A stretch of DNA of 63,475 nt, filler included. It is 19 parts of 19 records of this genome, joined end to end, with 100 filler letters (N's around TTAATTAATTAA, not from the genome) between each part and the next. Parts side by side here need not be neighbours in the genome. Positions count along the whole stretch, not along the records: positions 36,489 to 38,636 come from SRR16133337_5686; positions 38,737 to 41,544 come from SRR16133337_5694; positions 41,645 to 44,029 come from SRR16133337_6177; positions 44,130 to 47,011 come from SRR16133337_6253; positions 47,112 to 49,187 come from SRR16133337_6256; positions 49,288 to 51,456 come from SRR16133337_6455; positions 51,557 to 56,159 come from SRR16133337_7196; 12 more parts are not named here. One strand, 5' to 3'. The notes beneath the pieces were generated by a model that worked only from the letters and a program-made list of their open reading frames with translations, had not been told where the DNA came from and did not search any database. Each line of letters starts with the position of its first letter. Position 1 is the stretch's first letter. The position numbers were made by a program, and so were the translations under genes. Positions 36,645 through 52,702 of the stretch are shown here, in pieces.

Positions 36645-38498
36645 TCTTGATCTGATGATGGGTGGTGATCTGAAATTTCATCTGAATAAAGACGAAATCT
36701 TTGATGAAGAAAGATCACGGTTTTACGCTGCCGAGGTTCTACTCGGTCTAGAACACATACATGAAAAAGATATTATATACAGGTGAGCAGCAACGACCGA
36801 ATTTGAAATTCAATTAGTCACTTGTGAATGGAGTCAACGTTTACTTTAAAATGAAACCAAATTGTGAAAGAACGCGCGTTACAGTTTCGATAAAAAGTAG
36901 GGGTCTGTGTGGGATGGAGGTGGGGTGGGGGTGCTGATCCACAAAATGCACGAAATATGCTCTTTTTGTTACAATACTGCTGTAACCGCCAAACAAAGCC
37001 ACTGTAGAAATTTTAGAAACCACACAGAAATTCATAATGATAAAAAAACGAAATTGTTTGTGAATTTTAAGGATTCTGTAACCAAACTCTACAATTTGAG
37101 TATGTAATGTAAATTTTGTGTTTTTGAAAAACGTATATCGTTTCCTCCAAAAACATATACGACTCAAAAAAGTTATGCATTGGGCTTTTGTCATTGTTGT
37201 ATACTTCTTTTTACAATGTGCAAAGTTGAAGCCCACATGCGTTTGCTTGTAACGAATTTATTGCGTTGTTGTTGTTGTGGAAAGAAACAAAATTAAGTAG
37301 TAACCGAGCAAAAAAATTTTGTGAACTCATTTTCCGTATTTTTTTGCATTAGGGACATGAAACTAGAAAACGTTCTCTTGGATGAGAAAGGTCACGCAAG
37401 GATATCAGATTTAGGTCTTGCAGTACGCACAAAAGAGAAAGTGAAAGGGTATGCGGGCACACCAGGTTATACCGCTCCAGAAGTTATCTTGAATTTAAAA
37501 TACGACAAACTTGCAGATTTCTTTAGTTATGGTGTTATGATTTATAGATTCCTCTGTGGAAAGGTACATATATACGTGTACAAAGAAATGTTGTCACATT
37601 TCAAAATTTTATCACGGAAACTCTAGTATTTATGAAGAACGTTTCGTACATACGTGCAGGCAAAACAATTAAGACAAATAAATTCTTCAGCTTCTCCTGC
37701 AAAAATATTTTGTGAAAGGAGCTACTTACGAACAGCCGTCACCTAAATATAGTTGCAAGACGGCTGAAGGGCAAACGCTCCAAAATTTGAAATTTTGAGT
37801 TTTCAATTTTCAAACACGAACAATTGTCAATTGGGTTTTACATTTTGAAGAAATTCGTGTTGACTTTTTATGTCCTCCTCTTTGACAGAAAACTGTGAGA
37901 TATAGTAAACTTCATTTCCCTTTTTTTAAAAAAAAATGATATTTCGTGAAAACACTAATTTTAACTCGCGAAACATGCAAATTTAAACATGCAAATTTAA
38001 TGTACAAATGAACGTTTTCGTTTGAGGATTCTTGTATGATACATGTTCAGAAGCGTCAAACTTCGATGCATTTTCGAAGAAAATCGAAGAGAAAATACAT
38101 GTTTGTATATTTTTTGTGTCAAAATATACTTAAAATATACAATTTGTTAATTTTATGTTCCATAATACCAACAAGCAAAACGTGGTGTCAAAAAATACAC
38201 GCCAAACGAAATTTTACAATTTTTCGCCAATAAATCCAACACCCCTCGAAAATTGAGAACTGAAAATTTTATACTTGGGTACCAGACCCATACTCTTAGA
38301 AATCTGAAAAATTAGACACTCTAAGGGAAGTGAGTTTGTAGGTGATCAATTGAAATGATTTGAATTAACGTGTTTATTTTTGATATTTAGAAACCATTTG
38401 GTCGGCAACCAGGAGACCTTGACAAGAATGTAGTTGAAATCCAACCAGAATTCCCAGAAGATTATTTTAGCCCAACAGCAACATCATTAATCAAAGGA
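36645..38498 (+). CDS. G-protein-coupled receptor kinase-like AGC kinase, exons 36645-36782, 37353-37563, 38391-38498 (partial)
   Basis: LDLMMGGDLKFHL...RFYAAEVLLGLEHIH..IIYR|DMKLENVLLDEKGHARISDLGLA..AGTPGYTAPEV..DFFSYG..GK|KPF. DLG in place of DFG is the GRK hallmark. Junction phases match. Confidence 0.85.
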
Positions 38499-38736
38499 GT
38501 AAGTCAAGTCACCCTCATAACACACTACAGGTTGTTGTTGTTGTTATTTTTAGTACTGACCTTTTTCGAGCTCGTACCCACAAATTGGTATTTGACAAAC
38601 AATCAATATAAATTATAGTGACGCTAGGTTATAAAANNNNNNNNNNNNNNNNNNNNNNNNNNNNNNNNNNNNNNNNNNNNTTAATTAATTAANNNNNNNN
38701 NNNNNNNNNNNNNNNNNNNNNNNNNNNNNNNNNNNN

Positions 38737-41000
<2,264 letters not shown>

Positions 41001-41111
41001 CTAAAAATTTTGAGTTTCCATTGGTTTAAAGACCTCTATTAGGATTTTCTTAGTTTCCAATTTTAAGTCGTTCCAAAATAGAAACACTTCTCATTTATGT
41101 TGTCGTGATTA

Positions 41112-41135
41112 TATACTCCGCCTGGTTAGAAAACC
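41112..41135 (+). repeat. Degenerate copy of the TATACTCC repeat in the icd leader
   Basis: TATACTCCGCCTGGTTAGAAAACC. Confidence 0.75.
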
Positions 41136-41150
41136 TATTTTAAAGCAGCA

Positions 41151-41158
41151 CAAATGTA
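41151..41158 (-). promoter_or_regulatory. Bacteroidota -7 promoter motif for icd
   Basis: TACATTTG on the minus strand. Confidence 0.5.
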
Positions 41159-41404
41159 GTCATTAAAAAGGAAAAATTTTAGTTCTAAAATAACAGAAAA
41201 AGGGAGTGCTTTTTAAGGATTCTATAAATTTTAGACACTCTTTTTATGTGATACTCAATCCTATTCTGTTCTCGGAAAATTTTGCCCATTTATTTTTAAG
41301 TAGGGCTTTATTTTCAAGCATCACGTCGTTATGACTTTTCATTAAAATGGAATTGTGGAATTGTGGAATCGCCTGCTCTGAGCCTTCGGCTCACTTCTCA
41401 CAAT

Positions 41405-41544
41405 AGACAACCCGACTGCAAGACAAAAAAATAGCTGTAGGCTGTAGGCAAAAGGGTTAAAAATGAAAAGTTTTTGCTTTGGGTTTACAAGATATCATGT
41501 ACAACAGACAACCCGATTGCATGACATCCAGACTGCAAGACAAA
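41405..41544 (+). repeat. Intergenic short-period repeat shared with the start of the nqr contig
   Basis: AGACAACCCGA(C/T)TGCA x2. GACTGCAAGACAAAAA..GCT(G/A)TAG(G/A)CTGTAGGCAAAAG recurs at about 56267-56303. Confidence 0.7.
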
Positions 41545-42562
41545 NNNNNNNNNNNNNNNNNNNNNNNNNNNNNNNNNNNNNNNNNNNNTTAATTAATTAA
41601 NNNNNNNNNNNNNNNNNNNNNNNNNNNNNNNNNNNNNNNNNNNNCATAAAAACTTCATGTGAAAAAAAGGTGCCCGGTCTAGTACCTTAATTATATGAAA
41701 CAAAAAATCGCCTATAGCATGTGTAATAGTGTATTATATCAGTGCAGGTTTGTCAAAACAAATTCACAACCCCTCACACCTTCCACACTCGTACCACCAC
41801 CCCACCACCTAATTACCACACCTTTCTAAACCACTCTCTTCGACAATTGTTTTTTAGGATTTGGACGTGTTTTACAAAACATCCCACCTTACAAAAAAAA
41901 TGTATTTTCCTACAGGAATGGAAAGTGCAGTGGTCGCCGCTCCTACAAAAATTTCGTGTAGAATACAATTGAAGTTGATTGGTATAATGTTATTGTAGCT
42001 GACCTTTGGTGTATTGTGAATAATGTCGGTGATATCATTTCTGTATTGTAACTTCACAGATTTCCTATCGTCTTTTTGAACATTATTGATATGAAGCAAA
42101 AGAAGTCCATTGAAGAGTTTCTTATCGCCCTAAAACAGCCACACGCAAGCTTACGAGAATTATTGTACAGTTTTGGCATTTTTTTAAAATGTAAAAAAAC
42201 AATTTCATGTGTACAGTTTTCGAACTCTTCCGTGCCAAAAGTGAGCAATAAATTTTTAGTGTGGCTTATTTTAAACCTCTTAGAACTTTGATTTTTAGAA
42301 AATTTGTACTTTCATTTTTTACCCACAAAGAATTGACCCGCGAAAGAATTGACTCACGATGGAATTGACAAGAAATTTTCGCATTAAAATAGAAGAATTC
42401 AAGACAAAATATGTACGGCTACGAAAATAACGTTCTTGTGTTTTTAGTGTGCAGTTCAACATCCTACCAAAATAAAGATTCCCATATTCGGTGACACAGC
42501 AGGTAGCACAACATCTTTGATATAAAAATAGTATGAAATAACAAATTAAAATAACACAATAC

Positions 42563-43786
42563 CTTTATTTTATCGATACCACTCTGGAATCTATCAAACA
42601 TGGATCTGACATCTTTACTGAGCACCTCTAAAATAAAAACAAAAGTTAAAATCTGCTTCTCTATATCTCCAGGATATCATTAATGGAAAAACGTTTCGAA
42701 ATGTAAATGAGTGAATGTTTCAGTGTATTTTTAATTTTAAGCGAAAGACTTTAATTTAAAGTTATAATTTCGCATGTTTTTGTTTTTTCTGTGCTTTGGA
42801 CAAACATTAAATAAAAAAATACGAAATAATGAAAAACATCATCCCTACAAAACAACGATTCACTACACTTTTCAGTGACTTGAAAACATTTTGCAGTACC
42901 AATATTTTCGCTTTTAGAGTTGAGATCGACAAATAGATACGATTTCCAAACACATCCCCACTCTTTTGGTATATTTCCAACTGCTTTTAAGAAAACGAAA
43001 CACAGCAAATACCCGAATTTCTGATTTATACAAAATATGTTGGTTTAACAAGTGACACCAATCATTCCAAGAATTCTTAGGCAATGCCCGGCCTAAAAAT
43101 CGAAAAAGTTTTTAATCGTAAGGGCAAGTTCAATTTGATTTAGCCTGGCATCAATGTATTATGTCGTTATGAATGTAATTCATAGATTTTTGTAACAATA
43201 AGCGAAAAGCAAATTGTAAAAACACAATGGCAATACAACCTTTGATTGCTTTACTCTAACGGCGTTAATGGTGAGCTGTTTAGACCTTTTTGAACCTTAA
43301 AATTTGTGTGTGTGTGCGTGTGCGTGTGTGTTTTTAACTAGCCTGTCGGTTAATAAACCAACAAACCAATTACACAGAAGGCGCGTGACTTTTGAATACA
43401 GGGTAAATACATTATAGCTACAGTATCACAATAAACACAGAGGAATTTAACACTACAATTGGTGTCAGTTCAAAAAAAAAAAAACTAATAAAAGATCAGG
43501 AAACTGTTGTAAATCATATATTGTTTTGATTTCGCCAGTTTACAATCACAATATAATCAAAATAATGTCAGGGAAATTACACTAAAATTTCACTTTATCT
43601 GTGATTAACAAGTTAAAAAATCTCTTTACTTACTCTCACATTTGTAGATTGTGAGATTTGCAATTGCTGCATTAAATACAGAGAGAAGCATGTCTTCTTC
43701 GGCGGTGTTTCGTGTTCCAAGGCCCTCAAAATCCATCATCACATACAAACAATCATCATAAATACGAACACAAAGCCAAATACCAT
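42563..43786 (-). CDS. Exons (43786-43634, 42627-42563) of a VLIG/GBP/RHD3-like large GTPase
   Basis: GIWLCVR...VMMDFEGLGTRNTAEEDMLLSVFNAAIANLTIYKCE|KVLSKDVRSMFDRFQSG. The GIW and DxEG (G3) motifs are present and the phase-1 junction is in frame. Confidence 0.65.
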
Positions 43787-45547
43787 CTAAAACAAGTGTA
43801 CAATATAGCACAAAAATTGTTAATGTCTTGGCATTGAGTTAAAAGTGTACAAATGAGTCTTTTAGTTTTTTTGCGCGTTCGTTTTTTAAAGATAAAGAGC
43901 AATTGTTTTTAAATAGTTGAAAATATTATAATTCGACCATATCAAAAAATGTTTTTGGGGATTCATGTTTGAGGCGTGCTAAAGTTTTCACATTTCAAAC
44001 TTTAACTCGTTCACGACGGGGCACGTTTTNNNNNNNNNNNNNNNNNNNNNNNNNNNNNNNNNNNNNNNNNNNNTTAATTAATTAANNNNNNNNNNNNNNN
44101 NNNNNNNNNNNNNNNNNNNNNNNNNNNNNAAAAATCATTTCTCGGACTTTACCGGACTCTGACTTTTAGGGTACTTTCAAAACATAGTAACCCCCCACCC
44201 AAAAAAAAATCCTAAAAACTTGTTCCGATGGGTGGGGGGGAACGGGTGGGTTACTCTGAATTAGACTGTAAATGTTTAACAAATCTTTCTTGCACCACGA
44301 AAACGTGCCTCCCACCCTACAGGTGTGGTCCATTCCTTCGGAATAAAAATCACAGTTTTTCGTCAGTTCCGACGGAACACAAGCAACTGGCAAAGAAATT
44401 TTTTGTTTTTTGGATTTCTCATTGAGTCACGCGTCCTGGTGCAAAATCTTGTTGCGTTGCCATAGCTCACAAAAAAGTTAGAATGTAAAAACATGGTTGG
44501 CAGATAAAGTCTCTGCTGCTTAGTAATGAGCTTTGGGCAATTGCTGGTCAATATTGTTGGACAACGGTTTTTTCAACATTTTTATTGGTCCAATGTTGGT
44601 GCAGTGGGTTCGTGCGTTGGATAAGATGGGGGTGGGGGGTACTCTGAATTACCCTGTATTTTATTTTTGGAAAATATGTGTCTGTGTGTTTAGCTTCATG
44701 AAAAAGATGTGGTCGGCTTAGCACAGCACCCTCACAGAAACATTCTTGCTTCTTTCAGTGTAGATGGAACATTAAAGTTGTGGAGGCCGTGAGAACACGT
44801 CAGGTGTAAGAATTCTCTTTATTCAGTTCAAAAACTTCATTGATGTTGGTGTATTGAGTTAAATACTCATTAGTTGACCTAATTTGACTAGCTATGTTTT
44901 GAGTTTCTCGACTGTGTGACTGGGTGCAGGGATTCGTAAAAACGAATATTCTTGTTCTCAGGTCCATCTAATGATGTAATACGCAATGTTCTCGACCACG
45001 GTTTGGCAGAGAACTTTTTTTTCTTGGCTGAGAACTTCACCGAAAGTTTGGTTCAGTACTTAAAAGTTAAGTCGCCCTCCCAACAGTTAAGATGACAAAA
45101 ATGTTTTTTTTCCAAAGCTGAGCACACAAATTTTGCGCTCACACACTACGTGGACGACGGCAAGCTCTCCAAGTTACATCCAAACACAGCTCACGAGATT
45201 GCGTCAAATGACAGAATGGAGGGTGTGCCCGTCGTCCCCGTAAACGACACCGAGAATTCGACGTTCTCAACCAAACTTTTTTTACAACCAAATTTTTGGC
45301 GAAGAACACTTTGGCAGAGAAAACCTAGAAAATTTTGTTGATACAAAAGCATTCGCTGCGCAACAAGGAACAATTGTGAGGAAAAACAGACAATCTGAAG
45401 TTTTTTTGGAACATCGGTTTGGTTGGGGTACAAAATTCTTGGTGCTCCACCAAAAGTTTTTTTTTCAACTTTTCAAAGCCAAAATGTTCTCCGCCAAACC
45501 TTGGCTGAGAACATTCCATATTACATCGTTAAATGGACCTGAGTTGG

Positions 45548-45717
45548 CACGATGTATGTATACGTGACGTCTCTGTTGACGTCGACGTGGACGTTGATGT
45601 TGACGTCTGAGAAGTTGAGTTCCCTTTTTTTTGCCAAATTTTACCAGTGGACTTAGCTTCTCAGACGTCAACGTTCACGTCGACGTCAACAGAAACATCA
45701 CGTATAGATACATTGTG
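45548..45717. mobile_element. Foldback/MITE-like long inverted repeat
   Basis: Arms of about 60 bp: TATACGTGACGTCTCTGTTGACGTCGACGTGGACGTTGATGTTGACGTCTGAGAAG pairs with CTTCTCAGACGTCAACGTTCACGTCGACGTCAACAGAAACATCACGTATA across a spacer of about 40 bp. Confidence 0.7.
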
Positions 45718-48700
45718 TGGTTCGAATTCCTGGCTTTTTGAGTGTCGTGCTAACAGTTTTCAAAACGCTAAACGTATTGTCTAGCAAAACTCTAAACAGA
45801 TGGTTGTGATTTTTTAATTTTAAGCTGAAATGACAGCTAAGGTTTGTGGTCACCATTTGACGTCATTTTATGACACAACTGTTCGAATTCCCATATCCAA
45901 AAACTCGATGTCGTGTTTCTGCTTTCAAGCGGGGGTTATTTCGTAAACCAAATTGCGACGCTACTAGAGCGCCTGTGGGGGAGTTGACATGCGCATGACA
46001 TGCGCATGACATGCAATGAGAAGTGGAGTGTGTCGACAATTTATCAGACAGATCCTCGGGTCAGGCAAGTTGGCGTAATAATCCTCCGAAGATCTCAAAT
46101 TCTTGACCAATTCAAACGGGACTTTTCACCTGTTCAAGGTGCCAAATTTGATGCTGCACACATCATTCGGTAAACCAAATTGCGAGAGTTTCATGACAAA
46201 GGTGTGCACAACAAAAGTTTCAGAGAAAAATGGTGACCTGAAGTTTTGCTACAATACTTGAAAAAATTTCTAGCGTGAGTCAACATTCCCAAATTGCCCT
46301 GACTGAAGTGCTGTGAAACACCTCCCGAATTTGCAGGAGTCGCCGAACGCTGACGTTTTACTTCTTTGTGGTTCTGTTCAATCGCAACTACATTCATTAG
46401 GGTTAGGTATTCAAAAAAATCCTGTCCAGATTGAGCCTCTCTTGCGGGTTAGAAAGGTTCAGCTGTTTCGGGCTTTCTGAAACGGTACAGCACTTTCCGC
46501 ATTTTTATGTTTGCGAGACTGATTTCGCAAAAAGACTCGGCGCATCAAGCTCAATCGAAAGCAGAAATGAGACACTGTTGGAAGAAGATTCAGTCCGAGG
46601 GAAAATCGAGTTTCTCGATATGTTTCGAGCTGCAGAACGCGTTCCTTTTTACACTGGTACCACCAGTGCGCACAATGGTACCAAAGGTTCCGCTTTTGTG
46701 TTCGAGTTCGTTGCTCTGTTTCTTTTACTCCTCAATGCCAGCAATGTACACATTGGGCAATGTTTTGCAATGGAGACGCACGAAGCTGTCATTTCGGAAA
46801 ATCACAACCATCTGTAAAAGCTCATAAAAAGTTCTCCAAGAGCTGAAAATAATATTTTGCCGACTTGGTTCGACAAAATCTTTTGGACCGCTGTATCCAT
46901 GTAATGTGGATGCTTACAGTGAGTCACAAACACAAAAAAACGCCCCAAAAATGTGCTATCTCGTAAAAAAATAAAAATTTCTTCATAAATATGTGCATCT
47001 CCACATGGATTNNNNNNNNNNNNNNNNNNNNNNNNNNNNNNNNNNNNNNNNNNNNTTAATTAATTAANNNNNNNNNNNNNNNNNNNNNNNNNNNNNNNNN
47101 NNNNNNNNNNNACATTCCAAAGAAAGAGTATCTCGTTTACACCATAATATGTAAATATTTTAATTTTCCAATGTGGAAATAAAAAACCAAAAGTTTGTCG
47201 ATTTTCTAACTTCAAACTGATTCTTGGATGCATTTGGCGTTTTCGCAAACATTTTTTCTTCCGTGAGATGTCTTTAGAAATTGTGAGGGATGATTTGTGA
47301 GCGGCAAAATCTTTTTTGGACATACAAGTTTTTTTTAGGATCGAGGACATGAAATTTTGTGCATGTCCGAAGTCCATTTATGTACAGAAAACAACTTTTT
47401 CCCCAAGCACACGTCAACTTTACTTGTATTATTTTCCCCTCATTTGGAAATATGGTGTTTCATTTTTCGCAATGCGTGGGATTTATCAGACACAACATGC
47501 CGAAATAGTGTTTAGTTGGTATTTCCCATCATTTTTTGCCTTTCGTTTTTAGCGTTTATTGCTAAACAAAACAAAATAACTCACAAAGTATGTGGTATTA
47601 ATTGTCGAAAGAATTTTTTTTTCCTGCATGAGCGGCGTGAATTTTCCATTTTCACTTTTCAAAAAGATTTGAAAGCCTCTTGGCAGATCAGATAAACTCC
47701 CCCACAAAAGAGATTTTAATTAATGGTTTATGTTTTGTCTATGTTTCGATTTTTATCACTGACACGGGATCTACTCCGACATGATATTTTCGCGTAACAT
47801 TTTATTTTCATATTCCATGTAATATCTATTATATATTATCTGTGTGTACTCGGGTGCCAATTTGTTGTAGCAGCAATATGTACCAGTTCTGATACACGAG
47901 ATTCTGTTTGAATCATTGCGCAAGAGACTTCTCTCTCGCGCATAAACATCTCTGCCTGTTCAACACCAATCACCAACAATTCTAAAAGGTATGTCGGATC
48001 GTTATGTGCACACTTTTGCGTGTGTATTTATTCATTACATTCCAGCAGAAAGCGCACAACTTAAGTATTTTTGTTTATTTGATCGAAATTGTCGAATGTG
48101 TTAATTCAATATGCAAAAATAATGTTTTTGGTGAAAATTCATGTCTATGGGGTTGATTTTCTGTGGAAAAATGAAAGTTTTCAATTGGGGTTGGGGTGGG
48201 TGTTAATTTAAAAACTGTTTTTTGTGTGTGCATTCATGTGACGAAGCAAAACAGTTGTAGTTTTTCATTTAAAGTGTTCACTTTTCAAAGATGTTTTGCT
48301 TGCATTAGCAAAGCAAAATGGTTTTGATTTTATTTTTTGTGTTTTCCTTAAAAACGCTTGAAAATTAAGTGACATGTTTTTGAAGTTAGGGTTGGTTAAG
48401 TGCAACATCTTGAAAATTAATTGGTATTTTATTTCAACTTCTTATTTTTGGCATTGATTGTTTTTTTGGCATTGATTGTTTTTTGGCTAAGAATACAGTC
48501 TGTAATTCTACAAATTGTGAAACTTTAGCATTCAATAAGCAGGCAAAAAAAATATTAGAATGTCAGTTTCCTGACAGTGTTTTTTCTCATCCGCTTCTGT
48601 GCGGATTCTGCAAGAAATAGTAGATATATTGGCAAACACATCCACTCGGAGAATCCAAAAGGGGGGGAAGTATTCAATTTGGGGGATTGTTTTTAGAAGT

Positions 48701-51556
48701 ATTTTAAAAAATATTTCTTTTCATTGACATAAAGTAAGGTCATAAACTAGGAAATATTTGTTGTTGTGTTTCTGCTGGTGTGCACTACCGACCTGACACG
48801 TATAACCAATAGTTTTTTGTGATTTTGTAGAATTGTATACGGGTAGTAGTTTTCGCTTTGAAATGATTTGTGTGGATGAAAGATCTTTTTGGAAATATTA
48901 AAATGTGGAGAGAGAAACTGAAAAACCTGATGAAAACTTGAAAAAGATCGTGTAGCCCATGTATACTTTCAATGTACTTGCATAAACTCTGTGTTTTGCT
49001 GTTTTCTTTCAAAAAATGTTGGGGGGAAAGTTCGCATTTTTTCACAAAAACTGAATTTTCAAAACATGAAAATGCGTCAGTGTCACTAACATGGGTGCTA
49101 GAATTGCTTTGGAAAATTGCTTGGGGTTTTCTCTTTTTTATTTTTTTCTATTTTTGGCAAGTTTTTTTAAAAAACGATTGCTTATAANNNNNNNNNNNNN
49201 NNNNNNNNNNNNNNNNNNNNNNNNNNNNNNNTTAATTAATTAANNNNNNNNNNNNNNNNNNNNNNNNNNNNNNNNNNNNNNNNNNNNAGACAAAGATTGT
49301 TTTACTGAACATTTTGGAAGAATGTAGGTTTGACCATGGGGAAACACTTTGTGTGTGTATTTTCATAAAAAGTTTTCATAAAAAATTCCAATTCGTTTCT
49401 GTGATTTTCCCCAAACACGCCACACCACCAACCAAGCTCCTGCCCTAATAAAAAAACACACCCAATCCTTTACCAGCACAGAATATGAAATTTTTCTCGA
49501 AAACTCCAGGGCAGTACCGCCAAAGTTTTTCAAAAACATCCATGAGTGGGAGTAGGGAGGTCTCTCTCCCTCCATCAATGTATGCGTAAAGATGTGGACC
49601 ATTATTGCACTAGTCTCTTTTTGTGGCGGTGGATTTTCCCTACACCACAAGTACTCAATCTTTCTAGGCATCGAAAGTATCCACCCATCACTCATTTATA
49701 AATCTCGAATGATCACGAAATAACGGCAGGTAACTTTTACAAGTATTGTTTCATTTGTGTGTAGACCTACGGAAGGTTCTACATAGATATTGAGCGCACA
49801 TAATAATTTGCATCTATGCGTGTTCCAACACAAAGTGACACTCTACACTCCACCAAACTAATGCATTAGAGAGTGCCCCATCTGGGATAAGTTTGGGGTT
49901 TTATACTGTCCACAGAATAATTAATCATATTATCAGGTCCTAACATTACGTGTTTTTGATCAATGCAGGAGAACAACTATATACAGTATATTACACCACA
50001 CACGCCTGCAAAATACGCAACATTTTTGATATTTCCCAAATGTTAACCCACAATAAAACACGGCAAATACGGGAATAAAAAAGCTATCACAGTGTATATC
50101 CCATATGTAAATGGGTAAAGTGAAACTCACATGACTTAAATTGTTGATTTTCAACATGCACTGTCATTTTTCAACCAAAATAGAAATACAAATAGTCGAA
50201 TTGTGATTCCATCTCGAAGTTAATTTGTTCAAGAAATGTGCATTTTATAGGGAAAAACGAGGATTTCAAAACGGACTTGTTTTCAGGAGAGCATTTTAAA
50301 CAAAAACTACACTCTTTGTTTTTAATTATTGGACGTGAGTTTGCGTGCAATCTAAGAAACAAAAACTGCTTTGTGATCACCGAAAAAAAATAACAAAACA
50401 TATGTAACATAAAACAATCAATTTCACATATTTGCAAGGGACATAATTCAAGGCTGGGTTCTAATTTAAGTTGTGTATCATATCCAAGCCCATACTCACC
50501 TACACTCCACACTTTCTATACGCCCTTCCGCAAAAGGAAAATTTGACGATTTGGATGTTTTAAAAATTTTGTTGAAAAAAAAACAAACACTCCCTGTCCT
50601 TTGGCACTCAGGACTAAGTTTTTTGAAAATCGCTTCAATTTTGGACAAAAATATACTCTTAAGGTACAAGACCGGGGACCTTTTTTCTAGGCTGTGCGAG
50701 GGTGTTGGGGTCTGCTGTACAAAGTACCTTTGAGAGAAGTTTAGGGAGTTATATTCTCCACAGAATAATTAAATATGTTCTCACGCATAAATATTGGTTT
50801 GTTTTAAGCTATGCAGGTGGAAAATATATATGTTCATTGAGTACATTCCGATCTAGGATCCTGCAAAATACGCAACATTTTCATATTTTCTACATTTTAG
50901 CCCACGATCCGATGCCGGAGAGGTTTAGATCCTCTTTAACTATTGAGTTTGATAAACATACACACTCGTGAGATGTTTGAAAAAGGTGAATATCTTAAAA
51001 CTAGATTAAAATCGTAAAATATAATTGACACACAAAACTTGCATACCTATCAACTACCTCAACAATTCGTCTTCAAGTTGATACCGCGTAATGAGAATAA
51101 CCAATTTTTAGTTGCTGTTTAATCGACATTGTATCAGAAAACATTTGTCCCAACTTCATAATGCGAATTTCTTTGCTTTTATGGTTGCGTGCAGTATAGC
51201 GTTCCCTGAAATATACAAAATATTGTCAAACGATCGAGTTGAGTGAAAAACTTGATTAAAAAGTGTGTCATTTGTGAAAAGTTGAAAAAATACAGAATTT
51301 TATAAATAACAAACTGATGATGACACGATTTTTTTCTTTTGTTTTTGTTTTAGGTTCTGAACAAAAAGAACCAAATATAACCATCGGCATTTCTGATGGC
51401 CAGGACGATGTTTCATCTACAAAAATGAAGAACGTCAAAAACAAGAAACAATATCANNNNNNNNNNNNNNNNNNNNNNNNNNNNNNNNNNNNNNNNNNNN
51501 TTAATTAATTAANNNNNNNNNNNNNNNNNNNNNNNNNNNNNNNNNNNNNNNNNNNN

Positions 51557-52702
51557 CTCTTTTGGGTCTTTAGGCTTTAAAAAAGGAAATGACAAAACCG
51601 TATCTTTTCTTAGATTAGTTTGTTTAACACCATCATCAAAAGCTAAGAAATACGAGTTTCTATTTTGAATATAGAATAGAAATTTATTATCAATATCAGT
51701 TGGTGTTATTTTGCAAATACGTTGGTTTACTGTATAGATATCTTCTTTATCTACATAAAAACATTTTGCAATTGCTTTACCATTTGGAATATCGCTTAAC
51801 ACCATTAAAACATCACCAATATTTGCTTTTAAATTAGCTGAATCTGTAAACTTTACAACTCTACCTTCTGTTGAAATAAATTTTGAATTAACTACTTTAT
51901 ATTTACCTGTTGCTGAAATTTCTTTTTCGTGTGCTTTACCGTTTTCATAATCAGATACAGCATCTAAAATAGTTTCCTCCCAATCTCCATCATTTATAAA
52001 TTCTGAAAAACGAAATGGTGGTTTGAACTCTCCATTGGCAGGAAATAGTTGTTGTAGTAAACCTTTTTTGTGATCTTTTAAATAGGCTAGTTTTTCGGTT
52101 TCTGCTGTTATTAGAGTGTCTAATGAAGATAAACAATTTGCAATTTTTTGTTGTTCTTTTGGGTTTGGTAAAAAAAGAAAAAACTTTCTTTGTGTAGTTA
52201 TCGGAACTTGATTACGTGTTGACTGTGACATTACACGTGAATATTGTTTTACAAAATAAGAACTACTTAAAGAATGTTTCAAAAAATCATTGATTAATTC
52301 AATATTATCACATCTAAAATAGGTTGCAGTTGTACTTAAAATAACGAAATCTAAATCTGTTTTTAATTTAGCTACTGGACCTACAGTTGCATTATGAGCG
52401 AAAAGTATATCACCATTAATTGAAACTCCCTTTTTAAACTTTTTTGCTCTTTCTAAAGGAAGTCTTTTACTATTTGAAAAATCAACGTAACCATTTACAA
52501 AATCATTGGCAGTAACATAAGGAACACCTTTTTCTGTAAATTCTTCACTTTTTGGATATAGAGCACCGTGATTACCATCCAAATGGCTAATAATAATTTC
52601 GTTATCAATTAAACTTTGGATACTTGGTGATTTCCATTCTTTATCGTTTTCAAACACAGAAAAACGTAATTCAGGAACTGTCTTTTGTTTTTCTTTATTC
52701 AT
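51557..52702 (-). CDS. hsdS: Type I restriction-modification specificity subunit, 3'-truncated
   Basis: VPELRF start, two TRDs, conserved spacer PNPKEQQKIANCLSSLD..HKKGLLQQLFP, second PKDPKE. Overlaps the hsdR stop. Confidence 0.93.

Noticed and set aside
45900..46830. Coding-like, more GC-rich stretch and TGACATGCGCA tandem repeat
   Set aside because: Stops in the plausible frames and no identifiable family. At most an unassignable pseudogene.
47112..51456. Short ORFs and a 21-bp direct repeat (CCTGCAAAATACGCAACATTT near 50006 and 50860)
   Set aside because: Composition is intronic or intergenic, there are no protein motifs, and the repeat pair brackets nothing identifiable.
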